From contig NC_086107.1 in NCBI RefSeq assembly GCF_963921235.1, forward strand, positions 97,528,001-97,592,000: DNA of 64,000 bases, written 5' to 3'. Shown here in pieces: positions 38,001 to 50,000 of the stretch (within the stretch, counting starts at the first letter, position 1; every line of letters begins with the position of its first letter). This stretch comes from Mobula hypostoma (lineage: Eukaryota). The notes below the pieces were generated by a model that worked only from the letters and a program-made list of their open reading frames with translations, was not told the origin of the DNA and did no database searches. The position numbers and the translations under genes were made by a program.

Positions 38001-41000
38001 TTCTTGGTGCAATGAAACCTCTCTGCTGCATTTCTTAGGATTCCACCTGATCTTCCTGCCATTTGCCGATGACATCAGGAAGGTCAGTTTCACAGAGAAG
38101 GTGGTGGCCAATCGAGATCAGATCGAGAAGATGAAGAGAGTGGTGCAGAAGCTCAGGTTCAAGTACAGGTCAGTGGCAAGTTTGGAAACTAACTTCGTAG
38201 CACAGCTGTCCACGTGCCTGTTGTATTACTGAGGGCAGTTGTGTGCTTTGGAACAGGAGCGGGTGAACCTGCAAAACCCACGCTGGCCAACAGCTTGCAG
38301 CTAGCCAGCTCATTTAACATTGTAAGCTGTTGCAAAGCCCTTGACACAAGGTTATGGATGGAGATACAGGTTGAGTACCCCTTATCTAAAACGCTTGGAG
38401 CCGCAAGTGTTTCTGATTTCAGATTTTTTTTCAAATTTTGGAATGTATAATATGATAGCTTGGGATTGCCATCATTTCCGACTGAATTGATGTGCTAACA
38501 GTAAGCTGTCTTACACTTGTTCATCAGACATAGGAACTGATGCAGCCATTCTGTGTGTTAGGTTTTCATCAGTAACGATCTTAGCAAACTCTTCAATTAA
38601 TTTCTCTGCTGCTCCATGATCAGTAGACCCTTTATCACCACAAATTCTTTAAAAGTGGAGTGCTGTAAATTTCTGCTACCAGCATGCAGAACATTCACAA
38701 TTTCCTTCAATTTTCAATTCGTTGTGATGGATCTTTGCTTGTTTCCTGATCAGCGTACCGTTAAGCGGCATGTTCACTCTGACACTGATGAATCCACTCT
38801 ATCAGTAGACGATCGAGATCTTTACTTTTCTCTTTACGCAGTATTTTCCTATTTGTCATTAACTTCTGTTCATTACATATGTGAGGTCACTTCTCAGAAC
38901 TGTGTGGTGCGCAGAGACCTGCTCATTGCCTGGAAGCCTTCCCAGAGCCTTGGGAATTTCCATTTATGACGTCATGTCAGCACTCAAAACTTGGGATTTT
39001 GGAATTTCGAATAAGGGGTACCCAGCCTGTATTAGGATAGGTAGGTGAAGGAATGGTTAATGGAATAGACACAACTCAAAGAAGCAAAGTTGAAAATCAA
39101 GTTTTTTGACATATGCAAGTGTACAGGTGCAATGAAAAACTTGCCTGGACCAGCATCACAGTTACATAGCATCGAATAAGCAGCATTCACAAGAAAAACA
39201 TCAATTATACATGACGTTTACAAGAAAGAACACAATTAGATCTAAAAGTCCAATTTGGTTTGGTGGTCACAGTGTGGCTAGACTATCAGTTGGTTCAAGA
39301 ATCAGATGGTTGAAGGAAAGCAGCTGTTGTTGAACCTGGTGGCGTCGGACTTCAGGGTTCTGTACCTTCTGCCTGATGGTAGATGGCATGCACCACACGG
39401 TGGGGATCTTTGATAATGGATGTTACCTGAAGGCACACACTCAGCGATTCAGGAACAGCTTCTTCCCCTCTGCCATCCGATTCCTAAATGGACATTGAAT
39501 TTTTTGAAAATATATATTATTTCTGTTCTTGCACGATTTTTAATTTATTCAATATACATATACTGTGATTGATTTACTTATTTATTACTTTTATATATTT
39601 TTTCCTCTATATTATGTATTGCATTGAACTGCTGCTGCAGAGTTAACACATTTCACCACACATGCCTGTGATAATAAACTTGATTCTGACCTTCCAGAGG
39701 CAACACCTCCTGCAGATATTACTGATGGTAGGGAGGGATATGCCTGTAATGTATTGCGTAGAGTCCGCTCGGCATTTTTTTTGCATTGTTGAGCATTAAA
39801 TTGTTGAACCAGTTAACAGTATATCTGTAGAAATTTGTTAGTGTTCGACAACAAGCTGAACCTACCTCACCTCCTAAGTAAAGATGCTGATGCACTTATG
39901 AAACTTAAGAAGCGAGTTCTAAAGGTTAAGACCCAATCTTAGCTGCAGTGGTGAGAGATTCACTGGCGCTCTCTCGCTGTTCAAATTATACATGACTGGA
40001 CATAGCTATGTCTGCCACATGACAGCTGTTGCCAGGTTTTGTAGTTTCTGAATGGTCTGATGGCTTCTGGTGGCAGTGATCATAATTCACACTGATCAGG
40101 TAAATGTTTCCTATTGCATATTGATACTGATTTTGCCTGTTGTAATATTAAGGGCAAAGACGTGGTCTGTGTTTTGAGCTCCTATTTTCATCTGAGCCAG
40201 GGAAGATTCCCTCATCTTCTCTTTTCCCCATTGAGAATAATAAATCACAAAAGGTGGCCATTGGGCCCATCACACCTGTTCTTCCAATCACTAAGCTCAT
40301 GTCAAATATATTACCTCACTATCACTCAAAATCTCCGTAAGACATGGGAGCTGAATTAGGCTATTTGGCCCATCAAGTCTACTCCACCATTCACGACTGA
40401 CTTTATTATCCCTCAACAGCATTCTCCAGCCTCCTCCCCATAAACTTTTGAAACCTTTTCTAATCAGGATTCTGTCAACCTCCGCTTTAAATATACCCAA
40501 ATGACTTGGCCTCCATAGCTGTCTGTGGGAATGAATTCCACAGATTCACCACCCTCTGGCTTAAGAAATCCCTCCTTATCTCTTTTCTTTATTTTTATTT
40601 TTTTTAATATAATTTTTATTGAGTTTTCAAAAAGAATACATGAAAAGATAAAATCTACCCTCCCCCCTCCCCTTAACCCTCCCCCCCCCATATATATAGT
40701 CCTACCTAAAAAGAAAAAAAAGAAAAGAGCCGCCTGGGTATTGGAAGGTTTCCACATGCTCCATGGGATTCAAAATAAATTTGGAATAATTATTCGTTGC
40801 TTTCCCCGAGGGACCAAGGTCTTTATCGGAGCACTTAAATACGACATCCTATCTTTTGTAAATAAGGGCGCCAAATATTCAAAAATGTTACATATTTATC
40901 TCTTAAATTATAAGTAATTTTTTCGAGTGGAATAGAACTAGTCATTTCATTATTCCAACGATCCATACTTAAATACGAATCAGATTTCCAAGTAACTGCT

Positions 41001-44000
41001 ATAGTCTTCTTAGCTACTGCCAATGCAATTTTTATAAATTCTTTCTGATATTTATTCAATTTAAGTTTCGGTTTTATCCCTTCAATATCACCTAATAGAA
41101 ATAATACAGGGTTATGTGGAAGTTGAGTTCCAGTAATTTGTTCCAATAAGACTCTTAAATTTATCCAAAAGGGTTGAATTTTAAAACAAGACCAAGTAGA
41201 ATGTAAAAAAGTACCAATTTCTTGATTACACCGAAAGCATTTATCAGATAGATTTGAATTTAATCTATTTATTTTTTGTGGTGTAATATATAATTGGTGT
41301 AAAAAATTATATTGTACTAATCTAAGTCGAACATTTATTGTATTTGTCATACTGTCAAGACAGAGTCTTGACCAATTTGTTTCATCAATATTAATATTCA
41401 AATCTGTTTCCCATTTTTGCATTGACTTATGGGTTCCTTGTTTAATTGTCTGTTCTTGAATCAAATTATACATACAAGAAATAAATTTTTTAATTTTCCC
41501 TTTTTGAATTAAAATTTCAATTTCATTAGGTTTTGGCAAAAACATTGTTTGACCCAGCTTACCTTTTAAGTAAGCCCTTAATTGAAGGTAACAAAAGAAA
41601 GTATTATTAGATATTTTATATTTATCCTTTAATTGTTCAAATGACATCAATATACCTCGTTCAAAACAATCTCCTATAAATTTAATCCCTTTTTGGTACC
41701 AATTATATAAAAGTTGATTGTCCATTGTAAAAGGAATAAGTCTGTTTTGAAACAAAGGTCTCCTTGCTAATAGAGATTTCTGTGTTTCATTATCATCATT
41801 TATCTTATTCCATAAATCAATCAAATGTGTTAATATAGGAGATTCTTTCTTTTCCCGTATCCATTTAGATTCCCATTTATATATAAAATCTTCAGGTTCA
41901 TTTTCTCCTATCTTGTCTAGTTCTATTTTAATCCATGCTGGTTTTTGATCATCGAAGAAAGATGCAATAAATCTAAGTTGATTTGCTTTATAATAGTTTT
42001 TAAAGTTTGGAAGTTGTGACCCTCCTAACCTAAATTTACATGTCAGTTTTTCCAATGATATTCTTGACATTTTACCTTTCCAAAGAAATTTTCTCACACA
42101 TTTATTTAACTCTTGAAAAAATTTGTGTGGCAATTGTATTGGTAATGTTTGAAACAAATACTGTAATCTAGGAAATATATTAATTTTTACAACATTGACT
42201 CTACCTACTAATGTTATTGGTAGTATCATCCATTTGTCAAAATCTTCTTGAATTTTTTTCAACAGCGGTAAATAATTAAATTTATATAAATTCTTTACAT
42301 CATTATCAAGTCTTATACCTAAATACTTTATACCATTTACCGGCCATCTAAATTGGGTTACTAATCGACATTGACTATAGTCTCCTTTAGTAAGAGGTAA
42401 AATTTCACTTTTATCCCAATTTATTTTGTAACCTGATACCTTCCCATATTCATCCAATCTAGAAGATAGTTTATGTAACGAATGTTGTGGGTTTGTTAAA
42501 TAAATCAAAACATCATCGGCAAAAAGATTAATTTTTTATTCCTCCTGATTAACTCTAAAACCCATAATATCTGGATCAATTCTGATTAGTTCTGCTAATG
42601 GCTCTATCGCCAGTACAAATAAAGCAGGTGATAATGGACAACCTTGTCTAGTTGACCTTTTTAACTGAAATGGTGTTGAAATTTGAGAATTTGTCACTAC
42701 TTTAGCTTTAGGGTTAGAATTTAAAGTTTTAATCCAATTTATAAAAGATGTTCCTAACCCATATTTTTCTAATACTTTAAATAAAAAATCCCATTCTAAT
42801 CTATCAAATGCTTTTTCTGCATCCAAAGCTACTACTATGCTCTTCTCATCCCTTTTCTGTGCCAAATGAATTATACTGAGTAGCCGGGTTACATTATCTG
42901 CCAATTGTCTATTTTTAATAAATCCTGTTTGATCCATATGTATTAATTTTGGTAAATATTTAGATAATCTATTCGATAAAATTTTTGCTATTATTTTATA
43001 ATCTGTATTCAATAAAGAAATAGGCCTGTATGATGTTGGTTTCATAGGGTCTCTGTCTTTTTTTGGCAATACTATTACAATCGCTGTTGAAAAAGATTCT
43101 GGAAGTTTATGTATTTTTTCTGCTCGACGTATTAGTTCCATAAAAAGAGGAAATAATAAATCTTTAAATTTTTTATAAAATTCAGGTGGAAAACCATCTT
43201 CTCCTGGAGATTTATTACTTTGGAGTGATCCTAAAGCTTCTTCAACTTCTTTTAATGTAAAAGGCATATCTAATCCCTTCTGTTCTTCCAAATTCAATTT
43301 TGGAAGAGAAATTTGTGATTAAAAACCTTTCTATCTCATTAACATCATTTTGGGATTCTGATTGATATAAATCAGAATAGAAATTTTTAAAAGTTTCATT
43401 TATTTCAAGAGGTTTATAAGATATTTTATTTGCCCTTGTTCTAATTGCATTTATTGTTTTGGAAGCTTGTTCTGTTTTCAACTGCCAGGCAAGAATTTTA
43501 TGTGCTCTCTCACCTGACTCATAATACCTTTGTTTAGTTCTTATAATTGCTTTTTCTGTTCTATATGTCTGAAGCGTATTATATTGTAACTTATTATTAA
43601 CAAGTTGTCTTCGTTTTTCTTCTGACATATATCTTTGAGATTCTTTTTCTATTTTTGTAATCTCTTTTTCCAATTGATCTAGTTCTGCCATATATTCTTT
43701 CTTAATTTTAGACGTATAACTTATCATCTGGCCCCTAAGATATGCTTTCATCGCATCCCATAATATAAATTTATCATCCACTGAATGAAAATTTGTATCC
43801 AAAAAGAATTGAATCTGCTTTTTCATAAAATGACAGAAATCTTGACGTTTTAATAATGTTGAATTAAATCTCCATCTATAAGCCACTTCTTCCTTATCAG
43901 CCATTATTATTGTCATTAATAAAGGGGAATGATCTGATAATGTTCTTGCTTTATATTCCATATTTTTCACTCTGTGTTGAATATGCATTGATAATAGAAA

Positions 44001-47000
44001 CAAATCTATCCTTGAGTAAGTTTTATGTCTATGGGAGTAAAACGAATAGTCTCTTTCTTTAGGATTGATTCTTCTCCATATATCAATCAAATTTAAATCC
44101 TTCAACAATGATGAAGTTAAATTTACTACCTTCGATTTTATAACAGCCTTGGTTGATTTATCTAAGACTGGGTCTAAGCAAAAATTAAAGTCTCCTCCAA
44201 TTAATTTTTTTTCATGTGCATCCGCCAAATTCAGAAAAGCTTCTTGTATGAATTTTGTATCATTTTCGTTTGGTGCATAAATATTCATAAAAGTCCATAA
44301 TTCAGAAAAAAGTTGACAATGTATAATCACATATCTCCCCGCAGAATCAGTTATTACATTTTGTATTCTAATTGGTAACGTTTTATTGATCAAAATTGCT
44401 ACTCCCCTCGCTTTTGAATTAAATGAAGCCGCAACAACACTACCCACCCAATCTCTCTTTAGTTTCTGATGTTCTGTTTCTGTTAGGTGCGTTTCCTGTA
44501 AAAAAGCTAAATCTATCTTCATTTTTTTAATATGTGTTAAGATTCTTTTTCTTTTCACTGGTCCATTAAGCCCATTAAAATTAAAACTCAAAAAATTCAA
44601 TAAATTAGTCATTATTCTTAACAAAGTTACTCCAATCTGAAACACTACTTATCTTCTCAACTCTCATAGTTCCTTGGGGAATCTCTTTAAACTTCACCAT
44701 GTTGCTATGTGTTTCCCTCCCAACCTTCCAGGCAAAAAGAAAAGAAAAGATAGAAAGAATACAAAAAAAGAAAAAACAAAATACCCCCCCCACTAATGTT
44801 GTGAATGAAAAGATACACAACACTACCCCCCTCCATTTTACGGGTCGTGGCAAAAGCCACGCTTGCACACATGATTAGCATGGCAATCGATCAGTGCTTC
44901 TTCCAGCTCCCCCGCAACAAAAAAAATTATATATATATAGGCAAAATTAATGTTACTATTCCCAACTAATATTCCTCCAGTTTTAACCTTTCTTACCCCC
45001 CCGTATAATTAATGATGTATTTATACATTCATCCAGCTTCAAAAATCCAACAAGTCCATTCTTTAACCCAATCTTCATCTTCAATCTATCTCGCTCCCCT
45101 GGATTTGTTCTTGTATCTGGTGAATATTCAGAGAATCTCGCACAAACTGCTCTGCTTTCTGGTAGTCATCAAAAAATCTCTTTTCTCCACCAGGCAAAAA
45201 AATCTTCAAGGTTGCAGGGTAACGCAGTATAAATTGATAACCATGGTCCCATAGGGTTTTTTTCACTGGATTAAATTTCTTCCTTCTCTTCAAAAGTTCA
45301 TAACTTATATCAGGGTAGAAAAAAACTTTAATCCCTTTAATTATCAATGGCCCTTTTCTATCCTTGGCAGCTCGAGCAGCTGCCTGTAGAATCCTTTCCT
45401 TGTCTTGAAATCTTAAGAATTTTATTAAAATCGATCGTGGATATTGGTCATCTTTTGGTTTTGGTCTTAGAGCTCTATGTGCCCGCTCAGTTTCAATTGG
45501 TCGAACCTCCTCTTCCATTTGCAAAATATCCGGGATCCATTTTTGAAAAAATTCTATTGGATTTTCTCCCTCCGTACCTTCTTTAAGACCAACAATTTTA
45601 ATATTATTACGTCTACTGAAATTTTCCAACATGTCCAAGAGTCGATTTCTTTCCGAGTTCCAGACAAGCAAATCATTTTCTGTTTTTTCCACTCTATCAT
45701 TCATATGCCCCATTGCTCTTTCCATTTTTTGAAGCTTCTTATCCATTTTGTCCTGTCTTTCCATAACTTTATTATAGCACATCTTCGTATCTCTAAGCTT
45801 TTCTCTTACTTTTCTTCGTTCAGCCGTTAATTGCAATATGGCCTCTCGTATGTCTCTATCATCTCCTTTACTCCCACTCGCTTCCAATTCTTCCTCCTCT
45901 TCTTCATCTGTGTTCTCTGCAGAATCCGATTCTGACTCTGAGTCATTTTCAATTGCAGTGGCTGACGGTTCTTGTAGTTTGCGTTGTGTCGATTTGTGCA
46001 TGCGCTCTTCTTTGCACATGCGCATTTCCGGTGCCTTCTTCGAAGAACCCGTTACCACCGCCATTGCTCCCTGTTCTACCGAAGGAAATCCAACCTGAGT
46101 CTGAGGCTCCATCGTTGCAGTAGTCCCTTTTTTCTTCCCCTCTCGCGGCTGCTTCGCAACATCAGACTTCTTTTGTTGCAGTTTAGGAGGCATATCGTAA
46201 AGTAATCTTACAAAGTTTATAAATAGTTTTCAGAAAATATTTACCAACTTTGTTTTATTTAAACGGTACTTTACTAATTTGTTGCGGGAGAGCTGGATTT
46301 ACACGTCTCAGTTCCATGTCATCACGTGACGCCCCCCCCCCCCTTATCTCTTTTCTAAAAGGATGTCTTTGTATTCTGAGACTCTGTCCTCTGGTGCTAG
46401 ACTCTCCCACTATTGGAAACTTCCTTTCCATGTCCACTCTATCTACGCCTTTCAATATTCAGTGAGATTCCGCCCCCTCCCCCATTCTTTTAAACTCCAG
46501 CCAGTACGGGCCCAGAGCTATCAAATGCACTCGCAAACACAAATCTCAGCACTCATCCTCTTTAGCGAATTCCAAAGGTTTATCACAGTGGGTGAAGGCA
46601 TTCTTTCTCAATTCAGACCCAAGTGGCTGCCCTGTCCTCTTGTGAACACGGCTCTAGACACCCCCAGGCAAGGGAGGCATTGTATCTACATCCACCTTGC
46701 TGAGCCCTGCAAGAATCTTACACATTTCAATGAGATCTCTACTCATTCTTCCTAATCCTAGAGGGTAAAGGCCATCCCTGTGCTTAATCTCTCCTGACAT
46801 GACAAACCTTCATCCCAAGAATCAATCAAGAGATTCCCTGGGTTATCCCTCTTCTTCCCGGGGTATTGGTAGATGAATAGATGTTGGTCAAAACCAGGGA
46901 GAGCTCAGCCAGTCTTGTTCCATCAACCTGAGGGGTCAGTGGGTTCACAGCATCAGATGGTCGGTCAAGCGACTGAAGCCTGATTGGAACCTCTCATTCA

Positions 47001-50000
47001 GGGGCTCGAGTGCAGCAGCTGACACCACAGTGCCATTCTCCCGATCTACTGACCGCCACTGATCCAACACCCACCTGTTCTGTCTGTGGGATCTTTCTAT
47101 GTATAAAATGCTTCCTGTCGCTGACAGTGGATGTAGTTCAGGGTGTTTGGACCGAGAGTGTCACGAGAGGGAAAGAAGAGACCTTTCTACTGAGTTGGTC
47201 CGATAATTGTCAGTGATTATACAGCTTCGCTCTCTCCCTGGTTGATTCATGTCACAACCTGACAGGCTTTGCACTGACCTGAGATGCCAAACCTGGATTG
47301 CACTGCAGAAACAGGTGAGACAAACCAGAGACAGCCACCCCCCTCCGGCAGCATCTCCTTAAAGAAAGGGTGACAGTTTGTGTTCTGTCTGCAGGCCCGA
47401 GAGCTTTGAGAACCCTGTGATTCAGAAGCACTTCCGCAATCTGGAGGCACTGGCGCTCGATTTAGAGGAACCAGAAGAAATGGAGGACCTGACACGTGAG
47501 TTGTTGAGCTCCTAGCGGGAGGAGTTATACATGACACTGCAGGTGCAGACCAAGCACACTAAATCTATCAGTCTGATTTAGGGTTAGCTAGATATTCGGC
47601 CCATTAGCCACTATTCTAGCTACTGACGCGTGTTCCTTGTGGGCGGGCTATCTGATTTGGATGGCAAGATGGAGATACGTCTCCACCAAAGGAAGTGTAA
47701 GGAACTCCTTCCCCGTATTGGCCTGCAGAGTCACCCTTGGGCAAGGTGTAGCACCTACTTCCCACCCCAACTAGGGTCATGTGAAGCCATGGAAGCAGGT
47801 GGTGGATGGTCATATGAGCAGCTGGTGCATATCACAGGTCCTGGTTATGTGACCACTGACACCAGGTGGATAATCTTTGAAGAATATTGATAATGGCTGG
47901 GGTAACCTGCCTTGTAAGTATACCGCCAGGAAGAATGGCAAACCACTTCTGTAGAACAATTTGGTAAGCACCATCATGGTCATGGGACCATGAACGCCCA
48001 CCTCATACAAAACGGCACGTGATAATGATGTCATACAACATGGCACATGATGATGATGTATCTGGATAGTGGGTGAGGACTGGAAACGTAAACACGAGGA
48101 ATTCTGCAGATGCTGGAAATTCAAGCAACACATGTCAAAGTTGCTGGTGAACGCAGCAGGCCAGGCAGCATCTCTAGGAAGAAACATAGAAACATAGAAA
48201 ATAGGTGCAGGAGTAGGCCATTCGGCCCTTCGAGCCTGCACCGCCATTTATTATGATCATGGCTGATCATCCAACTCAGAACCCAGCCTTCCCTCCATAC
48301 CCCGTGACCCCTGTAGCCACAAGGGCCATATCTAACTTCCTTTTAAACATAGCTAATGAACTGGCCTCAACAGTTTGCTGTGGCAGAGAATTCCACAGAT
48401 TCACCACTCTCTGTGTGAAGAAGTTTTTCCTAACCTCGGTCCTAAAAGGCTTCCCCTCTATCCTCAAACTGTGACCCCTCGTTCTAGACCTCCCCAACAT
48501 CGGGAACAATCTTCCCGCATCTAGCCTGTCCAATCCCTTTAGGATCTTATACGTTTCAATCAGATCCCCCCTCAATCTTCTAAATTCCAACGAGTACAAG
48601 CCCAGTTCATCCAGTCTTTCTTCACATGAAAGACCTGCCATCCCAGGAATCAATCTGGTGAACCTTCTTTGTACTCCCTCTATGGCAAGGATGTCTTTCC
48701 TCAGATTAGGGGACCAAAACTGCACACAATACTCCAGGTGTGGTCTCACCAAGGCCTTGTACAACTGCAGTAGTACCTCCCTGCTCCTGTACTCGAATCC
48801 TCTCGCTATAAATGCCAGCATACCGTTCGCCTTTTTCACCGCCTGCTGTACCTGCATGCCCACTTTCAATGACTGGTGTATAATGACACCCAGGTCTCGT
48901 TGCACCTCCCCTTTTCCTAATCGGCCACCATTCAGATAATAATCTGTTTTCCTATTTTTGCCACCAAAGTGGATAACTTCACATTTATCCACATTAAATT
49001 GCATCTGCCATGAGTTTGCCCACTCACCCAACCTATCCAAGTCACCCTGCATCCTCTTAGCATCCTCCTCACTGCTAACACTGCCACCCAGCTTCGTGTC
49101 ATCCGCAAACTTGGAGATGCTGCATTTAATTCCCTCATCCAAGTCATTAATATATATTGTAAACAACTGGGGTCCCAGCACTGAGCCTTGCGGTACCCCA
49201 CTAGTCACCGCCTGCCATTCTGAAAAGGTCCCGTTTATTCCCACTCTTTGCTTCCTGTCTGCTAACCAATTCTCCACCCACACCAATACCTTACCCCCAA
49301 TACCATGTGCTTTAAGTTTGCACACTAATCTCCTGTGTGGGACCTTGTCAAAAGCCTTTTGAAAATCCAAATATACCACATCCACTGGTTCTCCCCTATC
49401 CACTCTACTAGTTACATCCTCAAAAAATTCTATGAGATTCGTCAGACATGATTTTCCTTTCACAAATCCATGCTGACTTTGTCCGATCATTTCACCGCTT
49501 TCCAAATGTGCTGTTATCACATCCTTGATAACTGACTCCAGCAGTTTCCCCACCACCGACGTTAGGCTAACCGGCCTATAATTCCCCGGTTTCTCTCTCC
49601 CTCCTTTTTTAAAAAGTGGGGTTACATTAGCCACCCTCCAATCCTCAGGAACTAGTCCAGAATCTAACGAGTTTTGAAAAATTATCACTAATGCATCCAC
49701 TATTTCTTGGGCCACTTCCTTAAGCACTCTGGGATGCAGACCATCTGGCCCTGGGGATTTATCTGCCTTCAATCCCTTCAATTTACCTAACACCACTTCC
49801 CTACTAACATGTATTTCGCTCAGTTCCTCCATCTCACTGGACCCTCTGTCCCTTACTATTTCTGGAAGATTATTTATGTCCTCCTTAGTGAAGACAGAAC
49901 CAAAGTAATTATTCAATTGGTCTGCCATGTCCTTGCTCCCCATAATCAATTCACCTGTTTCTGTTTGCAGGGGACCTACATTTGTCTTTATCAGTCTTTT

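Larger units (their letters stand above)
40589..46341 (-). mobile_element. Full-length L1-clade LINE (about 5.75 kb) in XRCC6 intron 10, antisense, inserted in a CR1 fragment
   Basis: 15-bp TSD ccttatctcttttct (40574-40588 and 46342-46356); poly(A) tail; G-run 5' end; ORF1 + ORF2; the CR1 host is contiguous across the TSD. Confidence 0.96.
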
